IMG/VR virus record: IMGVR_UViG_3300045988_158059
Location: 1-64,000 of that record
Strand: one strand, 5' to 3'
From: a virus
Length of the DNA stretch: 64,000 nt
Positions 17,683-28,886 of this stretch are shown here, piece after piece (the stretch's first letter is position 1; each line of letters starts with the position of its first letter). Both the position numbers and the translations under genes were made by a program. The notes under the pieces are model-generated. The model had not been told where the DNA came from and searched no databases. It was given only the letters and a program-made list of their open reading frames with translations.

Positions 17683-18431
17683 ACATTATTGCTCGCAATC
17701 TTTAAAAGTAATTCTCTATTAATTCCCGGATACCAAGACTCAATCTGATTAATTAAATCTTCAATCATGATCTGAAGCTCCGGAGCAGCTGTTCCATGAG
17801 CGCCACCATCTTTTGATCCTCTCTCAACATAAATATGCGCTAATTCAGTAATATTTATTTTGAAAGTAAAATTCATGGGAATTGCCAGTGGATATAAACC
17901 ACGTTTTACATCTTTATTATTTTCTAATCCTTTTTTGATGAAACCATTATTTGACCTTACATAAGTATCACCATAATAACTAATCTCACCAGGAACTTTC
18001 ATACCAAGATATTTCAATACTTCATCCCATGTGATAATTTTATCTTCGTACCATTCAGAAACTTCTCCTTCATGGTAATCTGCAAGCCTTGTACTGCTAC
18101 GAATAATTCTGTTATCCATTCTCTTTGCGTGGGAGTCAAGATCGTCGGTTGCTCCTCTATGAAGACCTTCTACAACAACTGAAATATCTTCAAATCGCAG
18201 CATTGTGATATGCTTTTGTCCCCATTTAAGAAGTTTTGCTACTTCTTTGTCGAACTTGATTTTTAATTCATCATCCTCTGGCAAATCTAATGGCCTCCCA
18301 TAACGATCTGTGCAATGATCTACCATTTCTTTGAGCTGCTGCTCTATCTCTCCATTCCATGTTCTTTTGCTCATGTACATTGTTCTGATTGCATCTCTAA
18401 TTGAGTGCATTTCTGTAAGGGTTACTTTCAT
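17679..18431 (-). CDS. ThyX-like (flavin-dependent thymidylate synthase-like) protein, divergent
   Basis: EDISVVVEGLHRGAT...SHAKRMDNRIIRSSTR and LYPLAIPMNFTFKIN...GAHGTAAPELQIM loosely parallel the ThyX blocks [24 protein letters not shown]...S and LPLNLYTRFFWTVN...HAQWEIQ. The canonical RHR-x7-S motif is not intact. Confidence 0.35.
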   Translation of the reverse strand: MKVTLTEMHSIRDAIRTMYMSKRTWNGEIEQQLKEMVDHCTDRYGRPLDLPEDDELKIKFDKEVAKLLKWGQKHITMLRFEDISVVVEGLHRGATDDLDSHAKRMDNRIIRSSTRLADYHEGEVSEWYEDKIITWDEVLKYLGMKVPGEISYYGDTYVRSNNGFIKKGLENNKDVKRGLYPLAIPMNFTFKINITELAHIYVERGSKDGGAHGTAAPELQIMIEDLINQIESWYPGINRELLLKIASNNV

Positions 18432-18522
18432 GTCTACATATCTCCTTGAGTTAATTTAATTTGTTTTCCCTGTGTCATTATAATAGCACCGTAGGCTTCT
18501 GATGTCAATACTAAAAGTTAAT

Positions 18523-19296
18523 TTAATTTGTTTTATTTTTTAAAAGTTCATTTACGAATGTTTTCATAGGTTCTCTCATATTAACATTTTCATGTAGCCA
18601 CTCCAGATACTCAGGATCTGTCTTTGCAACATCTGTCAGTAATTCATCCTTATGCTTTTTGTATGGACATTTGTATGTCTCAATATCCGGTAAATCATAT
18701 GCATCAGTATCATCTTTAAAAGAAATATCAATGTCTTTTCTGGAAGCCAAATAATCTGCTACATGTACAATTTTCCCTAACTGTGATTTTGGCTTTGGTA
18801 ATACAATACTTTCTCTATCACTTGTGTTCCATTGTCCCATATGAGACGAAACAGCATCAGCAATAATCTCAAGTTCATCATCTTCGAGATATAATCCTTT
18901 ATAATTACGAATATATTCTGCTGCCAACAACGGATGATTAAATACAGTAAACACCTTTTTTCCATCCTTTGCCTTTTCTTCATATATTTCTGCAGTACCA
19001 GACTTTTGAATATCATGTGCCAAACAAGCAACACGTCCAAGATCTATCCATCTCTCATCAAACTGATTCTGGTACTGTTCTAATCCGATGATATAATTGT
19101 AAATCCTTAATACTGCTTTTGTATGACGCATTAAACCGCCATCACCCAGCGCGTATGCCGGGTGATATTTACCTGTAGAACTTGCCGCAACTTTGAAAAA
19201 ATAGTCTGGGGCATCGTCCAAAACAACTTTTGCAAAATCACGAATATCATCTGAAGTAATTGTTTTTAATTCGTTTTTAAATAATTCTGACTTCAT
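18523..19296 (-). CDS. HD-domain phosphohydrolase
   Basis: KYHPAYALGDGGLMRHT ... RVACLAHDIQK is the H...HD metal-binding motif. Confidence 0.65.
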   Translation of the reverse strand: MKSELFKNELKTITSDDIRDFAKVVLDDAPDYFFKVAASSTGKYHPAYALGDGGLMRHTKAVLRIYNYIIGLEQYQNQFDERWIDLGRVACLAHDIQKSGTAEIYEEKAKDGKKVFTVFNHPLLAAEYIRNYKGLYLEDDELEIIADAVSSHMGQWNTSDRESIVLPKPKSQLGKIVHVADYLASRKDIDISFKDDTDAYDLPDIETYKCPYKKHKDELLTDVAKTDPEYLEWLHENVNMREPMKTFVNELLKNKTN

Positions 19297-21596
19297 TTGC
19301 TCTCCTTTTTGTTTAATTTAATTTTTAACTTCTTTAATATATCTAATAAAAAAGTGTTCCTCTTAAAATTCTCTTTCTTTTTAATGGATCTGTTTACAGT
19401 GTCTTTATCTCCAATATGAAAGCATTTTTCTTTTGTACGTGTTAATGCCACATATAATAAATTAGAATTCATCATATAAGCATGACAAGATGGTGTAAGT
19501 GTAATCGTCACCTTAGCACTTCCTCCTTGGCTTTTATGAATAGAAATTGCATATCCAAGCAGCAACATTGACATTTCTGATTTTTCATATTTTACTCTGA
19601 CACCATCAAAATCAATAATAGCGCCTGTCTTATGTTCATTTGTATATGGAACAATTTCGTCATAAATATCAATAATCTTTCCTAACATACCATTAGGAAT
19701 AAATGTTTTATCTATAGAAGGTTCATCATTTTGAGAAGCATTTTCTATTTCCATATCCCCCATATCTACTTCTGCTTCATAATTATTTTTGATCTGAATT
19801 ACTATATCACCCACGTAATATGTCGTATCTCCAGATTTGATACATTTTTCTGATCCATAGTTTGGATTAGCAATTTTCTGGACTGCATTATTAATTGCAA
19901 TAGTACCACAATCACCTTTATTGAAAGCAGATAGAACAAGAATATCTTCAGGAACATATTGAGAAAGAAGCTTCTGATATAATCCAATTGCACATTTTAC
20001 TGCTTGTTCATTATTAGCATTAATAAAAGTATAATCCTTGCCAAATTTTACCATACCATTACTCAAATCATATAAATATGGTTTCATATTTCTAACATCA
20101 GTAGCAACTTTCATTAACCCACCCTCAGCATACCTGAAAATTTGATTCAAAGTCACTGTAGGTATAACAAATGAATTGATCACATCATAAAGTAGATTTC
20201 CCGGTCCAACAGATGGAAGCTGCGCTGAATCACCTACAACAATAAGTTTCGTTCTGCTAAAATCAATTGCGTCACACAAATGTAAGAACAGAAATATATC
20301 TGTCATAGAGAATTCATCTACAAGAACAACATCAAATGGGAGTTTGCATTCACTATCATATCCCCACCTATTCTTCGGCATATAACCTAAGCCACGATGA
20401 ATTGTAGCCGCTGGCTTACCGGTATAATCACTCAACACTTTTGCAGCGCGTCCTGTTGGAGCCATTAAAGTATATGAAATATTGTTATCCTCCAACATTT
20501 TAATGATCATTGCGGAAGTGGCACTTTTACCTGATCCTGCAAAACCATTCAGTATCATAATATTATTGTTACATATACATTCCAATGCACTGGTTTGTTC
20601 GTCAGTTAAATGATACTCTCCCGACGTCTGATAACTCTTCCAGTCAAAATCCCATATTTTAGGTTTTAAGTTTGCTACAAATAATATAGCAGCTATAGCA
20701 GTTTCAGTATCATGTGTGGCTTTTAAAGATACTTCAAAAGTATCTTTGTTATAATAAATATCTGGATCCTTTAAACATTCAACATAATGTGATGAACAAG
20801 CAGGAACAAGTCTTACAACCTGTTTTCTGAGATCGCGGAGATCCATTTTAGTATTTCCCTCTTTTTGATTCTCTTCCAAATAATATTCCATACATGCTGC
20901 ACATCTTTGCGCAGATGATTTTAATTCAAACGGAAAATTGATCTTGCCAAGTCTCTGCAATTCTAAAAGAATACTATCTGCCTTAATAAAACCTACACCA
21001 GATATTTTTGTCAAAGATTTATATGGTTGTTTTCTCAATTCTTGTTTCATTTTAGGGATTGATTTAAATTCATCATATAATTTCTTTAACATTGACATTG
21101 TGAGAATTCCACCAAATTCAATTACTAAATCATAGATACAATAATTCTCAACTATTTTTGTTTTAATAGTTTCAAATGTTTTTTCTCCGATACCTTTTAA
21201 TTTATCAAGATCAACAGTATCAGCTTCTCCTCTTAACACAATATCAATAATATCTGGATAATGCTGCCAAAGTACTCCTGCCTGGTTCTCAGTTAAAATT
21301 TCTCTTAAGAACATATAAACTTCTTCTTCAGTTTTAGGCTTATCCATTCTCACATTTACAATATCATACCCAAAACCATATTTATCGAGCTGTTCCACAG
21401 CCGTAATTTCATACGACTGTGAAACTACTAAATTATGTACATTTCCATAAATAGTAACATTATCATATTTATTATGCTTAATATTAGGGAACTCTTTTTT
21501 ATCTACGTCTGTAGCATAAATTTTATAATCCTCTGAATTATACATGCACTTTACGATTTTACAATTAAATTTCACTTCTTTTTTACTCATATTCAC
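19293..21596 (-). CDS. RecD/Dda-like SF1 DNA helicase
   Basis: Walker A NGFAGSGKSAT, Walker B VVLVDEFSM, and SF1 motifs including GDSAQLPSVG. Confidence 0.8.
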   Translation of the reverse strand: MNMSKKEVKFNCKIVKCMYNSEDYKIYATDVDKKEFPNIKHNKYDNVTIYGNVHNLVVSQSYEITAVEQLDKYGFGYDIVNVRMDKPKTEEEVYMFLREILTENQAGVLWQHYPDIIDIVLRGEADTVDLDKLKGIGEKTFETIKTKIVENYCIYDLVIEFGGILTMSMLKKLYDEFKSIPKMKQELRKQPYKSLTKISGVGFIKADSILLELQRLGKINFPFELKSSAQRCAACMEYYLEENQKEGNTKMDLRDLRKQVVRLVPACSSHYVECLKDPDIYYNKDTFEVSLKATHDTETAIAAILFVANLKPKIWDFDWKSYQTSGEYHLTDEQTSALECICNNNIMILNGFAGSGKSATSAMIIKMLEDNNISYTLMAPTGRAAKVLSDYTGKPAATIHRGLGYMPKNRWGYDSECKLPFDVVLVDEFSMTDIFLFLHLCDAIDFSRTKLIVVGDSAQLPSVGPGNLLYDVINSFVIPTVTLNQIFRYAEGGLMKVATDVRNMKPYLYDLSNGMVKFGKDYTFINANNEQAVKCAIGLYQKLLSQYVPEDILVLSAFNKGDCGTIAINNAVQKIANPNYGSEKCIKSGDTTYYVGDIVIQIKNNYEAEVDMGDMEIENASQNDEPSIDKTFIPNGMLGKIIDIYDEIVPYTNEHKTGAIIDFDGVRVKYEKSEMSMLLLGYAISIHKSQGGSAKVTITLTPSCHAYMMNSNLLYVALTRTKEKCFHIGDKDTVNRSIKKKENFKRNTFLLDILKKLKIKLNKKESK

Positions 21597-21598
21597 AC

Positions 21599-24500
21599 CT
21601 ATTTAATTACTTCATATTCATCAAGTATATTTTCAAGTTCATCTGTTTCCTGCCATGTTCCATTCACACATTTTTTCTTCTTTTTCTTTGTAAAGTGTGG
21701 AACTTTCAAAATAGAAAATTCACCAAATGGATTATCCTGATATACTTTTATACTGGTTACTCTTGCTTTTACATCCTCTCCGGTTTTAATATTATGTAAT
21801 ACACAATATGGTTTTCTGACTTCCTTGAAAGTTTTATAATCTGTCACGACGTAAAAACATTGATTTACTTTTGGATTTACATATACAACATACTGAAGAT
21901 ATTCCTTTTCGAATTTTACCTGATCAATGACAGACATTGCTTTATTTTCTAAACGACTAGATAACTCAGCTATAAGCCCTGTATTATCCAAATCCCTATA
22001 TTGAGAAGCAGTCTCTTTCCCGGCATATTTCTTCATCAGATACTCTGTCAAGCCAAGACTTTCCATCTTTTTTTTACTGATAATCTTACATAAAGCAAAT
22101 TTGTCGTAGATCTCGGATACTTGCATCAAATACTGATTTTTTCCAAACTCCTCGAAATAATTTAATCCAATAAGAATCGTTAACTGTCTGGAATTCACAG
22201 ATGTTTTTGTATTTACATCTGCCAGAACTTCTGTAAAATTGTTATATCGATTCGTTGCTAATTCAAGAAGATCATCTGCTATTTGAGCATTACAGAATTT
22301 AATTGATGCAATACCCTTATATAATGCATGATTCGCTTTATCTACGGTATATTCAGCTCCGGATTTTCTGAATTTGATATTCTTAATCTCAATATTCTTT
22401 ATCTTCGCCAATTCAGTCCCCATCAGAATATCGTCTGTATTGTTTGCACAGTTTAGATATGCAGCGATAAATTCTTCTGGATAATAATACCGGCAGAATG
22501 CACACATATAACCAATCATAGAATATCCTGTTGAATGGTTATACCCAAATTGATAATTTGCACTATCCTCAATAATCTGTAAGAACGCCCTTGCTTCCTT
22601 CTCTGCTATTTCTCTTGGCTGAGAAGACATTTTACAATACCCATTCAAAATATCAGGCAAAGCTTTCTGCAGTCGATCCATCTGTTTACGTCCGATTGCT
22701 CGTCGAACGTTATCAGCAGCAGACCCACTTAACCCGCATATATTTTGAAGAAACTTAATGGTGTCCTCCTGAAAAATAAGAAATCCTCTATTATCTTTCA
22801 GCAATTCATCAATAAGTGGTGATGGATTTTTATTTGTCTCACCTGCTAGCAGCCTATCTCGATATGAAGCCCCGGATGGTCTTAGTGACGCATTTATCAT
22901 TGATAAATCGTTGATACATTGTGGGCCATAATTCTTAAGCATTTCGTATGCATATGGCGATTCGAACTGAAATACGCCAGCAGGACAAAGAACAATATCA
23001 TTCCATACCTTCTTATCATTCCAGTTAATCTGATGTGATTTTGGATATGGAAGTCCGGCATATTCATAGCACTTTCGAATAATTTCCAGATTCTTTAGGC
23101 CAAGTAAATCGTATTTAACAAGACCGGCTCCATCATGAATTTCTTCCATATTGATGCACATAATACGTTTTCCGTCATTCCAGAACGTTCCATAATTATC
23201 TGGAAGTGTTACTGGAGAAACTACAATACCGGCTGGATGAATTGACTGAGAAACCGGAGTGCCATTAATTCCATCAAAATAATAGAACAATTTCCTGTAC
23301 TGATTATCTTTCAGATCATTCATTTGCTTTATAGCCTTGTCACGCTCAGTTATTTTATTTTCATAATCACGACGTAGGCCATAATATTCTGATTCTTTAT
23401 CTGCCTGTTTAATTTCATCGAAATGAATCATATCTTCGATTTCTTTAATTCTTTTTCCGGTTGATTCAATTGTATCTTTATAGGCACTATACATTTCCTT
23501 AATATGTGCAACCTCATCAAGCGGGATATCTAAAGCTCGCCCGATCTCATCAATAGTGCCTTTATCAGATACGGTTCCGATAGCAAGAATATACGCTGTC
23601 TTATCATATCCAAATGACTCAATGATGTGATTGTAAACTAATTCTCGCTGATCTGGTGAAATATCAAGATCGATATCTCCAACCTCTTCACGATCTTCAT
23701 TTGCAAATCGTGAGAAAATTGTATTCCATATAACTGGATCAACATCAATGATATCTGTTATGTATGCAACAGTAGAACCACCTACAGATCCTCTACATGG
23801 CCCAACTGGTATACCATTTTCCCAACACCAACATACCAGTTCGGACATAAAGAGCATAAATCCAATCATATTAATCTTTTTAAATACACGCATTTCCTCT
23901 TTGATACGCTTCACGTATTCTGGAATTTTTTCCTTTTTGATAATTCCTGCATCAATTTTCTCATGCAATTTATCAAAAATTCTTTTCTTTAATACTTCCT
24001 CTTCATTATCGTATAATTTTGGATATTTTACAGAAGTATCAAGTTTGAAATCAGTAACAGAATCGGCCATCACATTTGTATTTTCTATTGCTTGCAGAAT
24101 CACATCAAATGGAATATCGCAATTCTGAACACGAAACATTTCAACCAACTCTTCGTAAGTCTTTAATGTCAGATCAAATTTATCTTCATCAGCATATTCG
24201 ATACGTTTTGCTTTCTGTAAAATGCTTCTGCATTCAGCTTTATAATAATCAATGCTATGTGTATCTGTTCCGGCGATCAAAGGTTTCCCTGTCTGTTTTG
24301 ATGCAGCATATAAAAATTCGTTATATCGTTTCTGCTCTGGAAAATCGTGCGGCTGGATCTCATAATAGTCATATGTCTCCAACAGCTTATGAAAAATTTC
24401 CCTCGCTGTAACATTCATAAGCTGAACTTCTTCAAGCTGATTGTTATAATACTGTTTCAGTTCATCAATTTGAGCTTCGATATAATGCGGATACAAATCT

Positions 24501-25078
24501 TCAGGGATGCATCCATTTTCATCAAACTGTTTGAACCATTTTATCATGGCTTTTTGATCATTCTTCTGTTTTTCAAGTTCAGCTACTTTATTTGCCAGTT
24601 CCTGCTTTAATGCTGCAGACTTTTCTGCCATTTGTTTCTGGATATCCTTTGGGTATTTATTCAAAGGTGATGCCAAACAAGCAGAAATCTTGATTACATT
24701 ATCTGAAATATTAAAGAACTCTTCAAATGTAATACGTGGTTTATAATATCTATGATCCGGTTGTGTAGATTTATCAATCAAAAGATTGATTTCTTTTACA
24801 CCTTCATAGTTCTTAGCCAAAAGAATTGTATGATAATTGTCCCTTACCTTCTCTTCTAGTGAAGCTGTTAAATAACACTCAACTCCGTGTATGTATTTTA
24901 ATCCTTTTGAATTGATATACATCTTTTTTTCAACCCAATTATAGGCATTCCCATGCTCCGTCAGAGCTAAGGCTTTATACCCTAGCTCCGCTACACGGTC
25001 TGCATATTCTTTATAACCAGTACAACTATCAAGAAGAGAACGGTTTGTATGGCAATGGTAAATAGTATATCGTTCCAT
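21599..25078 (-). CDS. dnaE: DNA polymerase III alpha subunit-like replicase (DnaE family, PHP domain)
   Basis: N-terminal PHP block YHCHTNRSLLDS...LALTEHGN, then the palm/fingers block GYSMIGYMCAFCRYYYPEEFIAAYLN (DnaE AFGYNKSHAAAYAL...YPAEF). 1159 aa. Confidence 0.8.
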   Translation of the reverse strand: MERYTIYHCHTNRSLLDSCTGYKEYADRVAELGYKALALTEHGNAYNWVEKKMYINSKGLKYIHGVECYLTASLEEKVRDNYHTILLAKNYEGVKEINLLIDKSTQPDHRYYKPRITFEEFFNISDNVIKISACLASPLNKYPKDIQKQMAEKSAALKQELANKVAELEKQKNDQKAMIKWFKQFDENGCIPEDLYPHYIEAQIDELKQYYNNQLEEVQLMNVTAREIFHKLLETYDYYEIQPHDFPEQKRYNEFLYAASKQTGKPLIAGTDTHSIDYYKAECRSILQKAKRIEYADEDKFDLTLKTYEELVEMFRVQNCDIPFDVILQAIENTNVMADSVTDFKLDTSVKYPKLYDNEEEVLKKRIFDKLHEKIDAGIIKKEKIPEYVKRIKEEMRVFKKINMIGFMLFMSELVCWCWENGIPVGPCRGSVGGSTVAYITDIIDVDPVIWNTIFSRFANEDREEVGDIDLDISPDQRELVYNHIIESFGYDKTAYILAIGTVSDKGTIDEIGRALDIPLDEVAHIKEMYSAYKDTIESTGKRIKEIEDMIHFDEIKQADKESEYYGLRRDYENKITERDKAIKQMNDLKDNQYRKLFYYFDGINGTPVSQSIHPAGIVVSPVTLPDNYGTFWNDGKRIMCINMEEIHDGAGLVKYDLLGLKNLEIIRKCYEYAGLPYPKSHQINWNDKKVWNDIVLCPAGVFQFESPYAYEMLKNYGPQCINDLSMINASLRPSGASYRDRLLAGETNKNPSPLIDELLKDNRGFLIFQEDTIKFLQNICGLSGSAADNVRRAIGRKQMDRLQKALPDILNGYCKMSSQPREIAEKEARAFLQIIEDSANYQFGYNHSTGYSMIGYMCAFCRYYYPEEFIAAYLNCANNTDDILMGTELAKIKNIEIKNIKFRKSGAEYTVDKANHALYKGIASIKFCNAQIADDLLELATNRYNNFTEVLADVNTKTSVNSRQLTILIGLNYFEEFGKNQYLMQVSEIYDKFALCKIISKKKMESLGLTEYLMKKYAGKETASQYRDLDNTGLIAELSSRLENKAMSVIDQVKFEKEYLQYVVYVNPKVNQCFYVVTDYKTFKEVRKPYCVLHNIKTGEDVKARVTSIKVYQDNPFGEFSILKVPHFTKKKKKKCVNGTWQETDELENILDEYEVIK

Positions 25079-25087
25079 TCTCTCTCC

Positions 25088-26269
25088 TTATAAATCGTTA
25101 AGCCAATCTAAATTGTCAATGTCGTATTCCTCATCCTGATTCTTTTTCGTACCTAGAATATCTTCATTTTTCTTTGCATCCTGGGCATCAAGATAAGCTT
25201 TCAACGGTTTATAAAGTTTAGTGGAATAACCGCACAAATTCGTAAGATAATAACTTTGCTTTTTTAGACTCTCTTCATCTTCCCACCAAAGTTTATCTGC
25301 TTCATCATATTTTCCTGCTGCCTTTAGTTCCGCATATGTAGCTTCTTTATCACGAATCATTTTCATAGTATTGATAATAAAATTTTCCCAATACTGAATC
25401 AGCTCCGGGGTTAAGTCAACATATACATAACAATCATGCAATTCATATTTCTCCTGTACTTCCGGTGGAAGACAGGTAATATCATTTGTTTGAGCTAATT
25501 TATCCAGATACTCCAGCATGTTTTCTTCATATCCAAATTCTTTTAACCACATCTTTGCATTTGCCTGTAGCTTCTCCCCAAGCTCAAAGCGTTCGATTTC
25601 TCTTACTTTCTTTACACCTTTTTTAGATTGAACAGTTACACACTGATATTTAAGAAAATTCCATGCAATTTTGATCTTTTCAAACGGAATTCCCATCTGA
25701 TGTAAAGCCAGAGAGTACATTACCAACTGCCCACATTCATTTTTCGCTTTATCTCCCTTATATATGCTGCTTGTCTTCCAATCTAATATAGTATAATTAC
25801 CATTTTCATCTGTCACCAGAGCGTCAATATACCCCTGGTAATATTCATCGCCAACCTTTACGGTTACAAACTTTTCAATATCAATATGATCAGTAATCTT
25901 CTCGTGTGTCTCAAAGAAATTTTTCAAATCATAATAATACTTAGTTGCAATACTATTGTTTCTGGCACCATCTCCACGAACAAATTTTAGATCAGCAATA
26001 TCAAATGCCATCATCCATCCTTCGTCAAACTCTTCAGCCATTTTTTCATAAGCTAATTCTTCAGTATAAAATCGCTCTATAATATCATGACTAATACCGC
26101 CAGTTACTTTATAAATAGAATCATCACGATCCTCTTTTTTATGTAATACATACTTCAAAAAATACTCATAGAGACCATTGTGTACGCAGTTTACACGGCT
26201 CCATGAATTGAGTCTATCGACTCCAAGTGCCTCGCACATCTTCTGCAGTTCTTCATAGCTTAATCTCAA
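25088..26269 (-). CDS. PD-(D/E)xK nuclease (Cas4/RecB-like exonuclease)
   Basis: GYIDALVTDENGNYTILDWKTS is the D...(E/D)xK core. Adjacent to the replicase. Confidence 0.6.
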   Translation of the reverse strand: MRLSYEELQKMCEALGVDRLNSWSRVNCVHNGLYEYFLKYVLHKKEDRDDSIYKVTGGISHDIIERFYTEELAYEKMAEEFDEGWMMAFDIADLKFVRGDGARNNSIATKYYYDLKNFFETHEKITDHIDIEKFVTVKVGDEYYQGYIDALVTDENGNYTILDWKTSSIYKGDKAKNECGQLVMYSLALHQMGIPFEKIKIAWNFLKYQCVTVQSKKGVKKVREIERFELGEKLQANAKMWLKEFGYEENMLEYLDKLAQTNDITCLPPEVQEKYELHDCYVYVDLTPELIQYWENFIINTMKMIRDKEATYAELKAAGKYDEADKLWWEDEESLKKQSYYLTNLCGYSTKLYKPLKAYLDAQDAKKNEDILGTKKNQDEEYDIDNLDWLNDL

Positions 26270-27349
26270 CTATTTTTTCAAACTCTTTAAATATTCTCTG
26301 TGTTTACTTTCATCATAAGGAATTCTCCATTTAAACAGAAAATTGTATATTTTATTTGGCGCATCTGCAGGTGAGTCCTTTGGGCCAAGCAGTTTCCATT
26401 TATCACGAATGTAGCTGACTTTACGTAATCCGTAAAACTTCTCACACATATTCCAGACCTCTTCTATTGGAACATCATTATCCATCGCGATAATAACTTC
26501 TTCTACTCCGGTACCAAGTATAATTCGCACCTGCTCATCTGAAAGTACATGGCCTTCAATTGCACCGCCGGTTGGATCCATTCTGCTATCTCTTTTAAGA
26601 ACAGATTTCTCGGCCTCGAATATAACAATATATCCTGCTTTCTGAATATCTTTATAATTTTCCCACAATCCATATATATTAATTTCTTTTCGCATCCCAG
26701 GTGTTATAAAGTACTTTGATATTCCAAATTCAGAACAATTTTCGATGGAACTTCTGGCATTATATCCCATCAGAGTTCCATCTAGCCAATATCTAATTGG
26801 AAATATTGTTCTCCTCCATCTATACGAATATCCAAGTCCAAATTTTTTAATTGTTCGTTTTACAATCCCTTCGCGAAATAAATCAATATGAATATATGGA
26901 ACAAAATCATTTAAAATATCTTCACTCATAGGATCAAAGTCATTTACGATACATTTCCTACGCTTAACCACAAATCTTGAGAACACGAACCAGGAATCAT
27001 CCGGCTTTTTCTTCTCCTCTTTTCCTTTGTATAAATTTTTCAATCCTAAAAGTTTATGAAGATATTTCATTGCATTTGCAAAATCAATATTTTTATTATA
27101 CTGAACTAAAGAAATTAAATCCTCACCATCGTCATATTCAACTCCTCTGGTATAATTTCGATAATTCAGATATTTATTATTTCTTATATTGATGGCGGCT
27201 GGATTGTTACAGTCACCACCCACCGCATTAGAGCAGCTATAATAATCCTTGTTATCATGATATACTATATTGCTACACCCAATGCTTTCTAAAACATAAG
27301 GTATTTTTCCATTTTTTTGAATGTATTCCTTAATCTCTAATGCAGTCAT
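26270..27349 (-). CDS. DNA primase (Zn-binding N-terminus and Toprim domain)
   Basis: Cys/His cluster YHDNKDYYSCSN..GGDC, then Toprim-like IVIFEAEKS ... IIAMDNDV. Confidence 0.6.
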   Translation of the reverse strand: MTALEIKEYIQKNGKIPYVLESIGCSNIVYHDNKDYYSCSNAVGGDCNNPAAINIRNNKYLNYRNYTRGVEYDDGEDLISLVQYNKNIDFANAMKYLHKLLGLKNLYKGKEEKKKPDDSWFVFSRFVVKRRKCIVNDFDPMSEDILNDFVPYIHIDLFREGIVKRTIKKFGLGYSYRWRRTIFPIRYWLDGTLMGYNARSSIENCSEFGISKYFITPGMRKEINIYGLWENYKDIQKAGYIVIFEAEKSVLKRDSRMDPTGGAIEGHVLSDEQVRIILGTGVEEVIIAMDNDVPIEEVWNMCEKFYGLRKVSYIRDKWKLLGPKDSPADAPNKIYNFLFKWRIPYDESKHREYLKSLKK

Positions 27350-27362
27350 ATTTACTCTCCGC

Positions 27363-28886
27363 TTAAAAATCTTGTGCTATATTACAAATAGCAACATCTT
27401 TGTGCATATTTGTACTCAGATCATACTCTGAGATTATCTGAAATTGGTCTGTAGCCCCAAATCTATTTTTAGTAATAAATGTAATCATATAATGTTTATC
27501 CGGATCCAGATGATACGGAATCTTTGAGGAATTATTTTTCCCCGCCAACTTATAAGCTTTAATCTCATGTGAACCACCAGGAAACTCATCTTCAAATGGT
27601 TTACGCATCATTAAATTCACACTAAATACATCCAATATATTCTTTGCTTGTCCAATTTCATTATTTGTAAGATACCTCATCTTTACTGAAGCTTTCCCTA
27701 ACTGATATGTAACAAATAATGCTACATTTTTAGCAGCTGGTTTCACAACATCGTAAAGATCAACCATATCTCGTTCCATAGATTTCCATGTTTCTGTGTC
27801 TCTTGAATCAGATGATTCTTTTAATGTATCCAGAACAAACAGCCTTACTCCCATGCTAGAGTATTTTTTTATTACTTTGATTGCTGCTTTGACAGTATAT
27901 TTTTCAAAGGGAACGATTGTAATATTTCTGCGTTCTTTTAACTCTTCAAGATATTTTGCTGCCTTACGAAGCTTATCTAAAACATCTTTACTAAAATGGC
28001 CATCACGTAAAATATATTTATGTAGTCCAGCACTATATAAATTATTTGCAACCCAGACAAGTAACTCTTTCTTTACTTTATCCTGATCTTCTTCATTAAT
28101 CATAATGACCATTTTTTCATTATGTTCTAATACTGAAGGCATTAAGTAGTTGATTGCTGTTGTTGATTTTCCAACACCTGAATTGGCACCTAGACCATAA
28201 ATGTTTCCATTAAAATTAATGCCGCCAATTTCTCTATTCAAAATATCACAATGTTTAAGTGGCATTCCTACCTGACTTCCAGCATTTAATTTATCAATCA
28301 AATCAAATAATCCGTCGCAGGCATTATAAGTTTTAACTTCAGATTCCACATTAATAAATGTGTGATTTAAAAGTGCCTCAAGTTCGTTATATATATCTTC
28401 AGCTTTAGCATCGACATATTTACTTAACTTTTCTTTTACAGGAAAGCCCATTCGGGCTAATTTCATTACAGCGTTCCACTTTTTTACTTCATTCACATAA
28501 GAATCAAAATTAGCCTCTTCGATATATGTAAATGAACTTTCAATCTTCCCATATCCACCGTATTCATCGTATTTCTTACTTAATTTTGAATGTTTCGATA
28601 GATACATATTGATTGTAATTTCATCTAATGTATTTTTTTGTTCTACATTGATGATATCGTTCGCAATTGAAAAATATACTCTCCAAGCATTATTTGTTAT
28701 ATCTTCCAGTTTCAAAGAAGTGTCTCTGACTAAATCCGGGTTCTTGTAAATAGAAGACACTGCATTTGCTTCTGCAATTAACTTATATTCATTTACCTTT
28801 TTAATAGTCTCAATACATTCCTTTTCAAAAGGAGACATTGTTTTCGCACTACTGCGATCCTTCGTCTTAGTAGTGATAGATGTCAA
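27363..28886 (-). CDS. DnaB-family replicative helicase
   Basis: GLGANSGVGKSTTAINY Walker A within a RecA-like C-terminal domain. N-terminal helical domain. Confidence 0.7.
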   Translation of the reverse strand: MTSITTKTKDRSSAKTMSPFEKECIETIKKVNEYKLIAEANAVSSIYKNPDLVRDTSLKLEDITNNAWRVYFSIANDIINVEQKNTLDEITINMYLSKHSKLSKKYDEYGGYGKIESSFTYIEEANFDSYVNEVKKWNAVMKLARMGFPVKEKLSKYVDAKAEDIYNELEALLNHTFINVESEVKTYNACDGLFDLIDKLNAGSQVGMPLKHCDILNREIGGINFNGNIYGLGANSGVGKSTTAINYLMPSVLEHNEKMVIMINEEDQDKVKKELLVWVANNLYSAGLHKYILRDGHFSKDVLDKLRKAAKYLEELKERRNITIVPFEKYTVKAAIKVIKKYSSMGVRLFVLDTLKESSDSRDTETWKSMERDMVDLYDVVKPAAKNVALFVTYQLGKASVKMRYLTNNEIGQAKNILDVFSVNLMMRKPFEDEFPGGSHEIKAYKLAGKNNSSKIPYHLDPDKHYMITFITKNRFGATDQFQIISEYDLSTNMHKDVAICNIAQDF

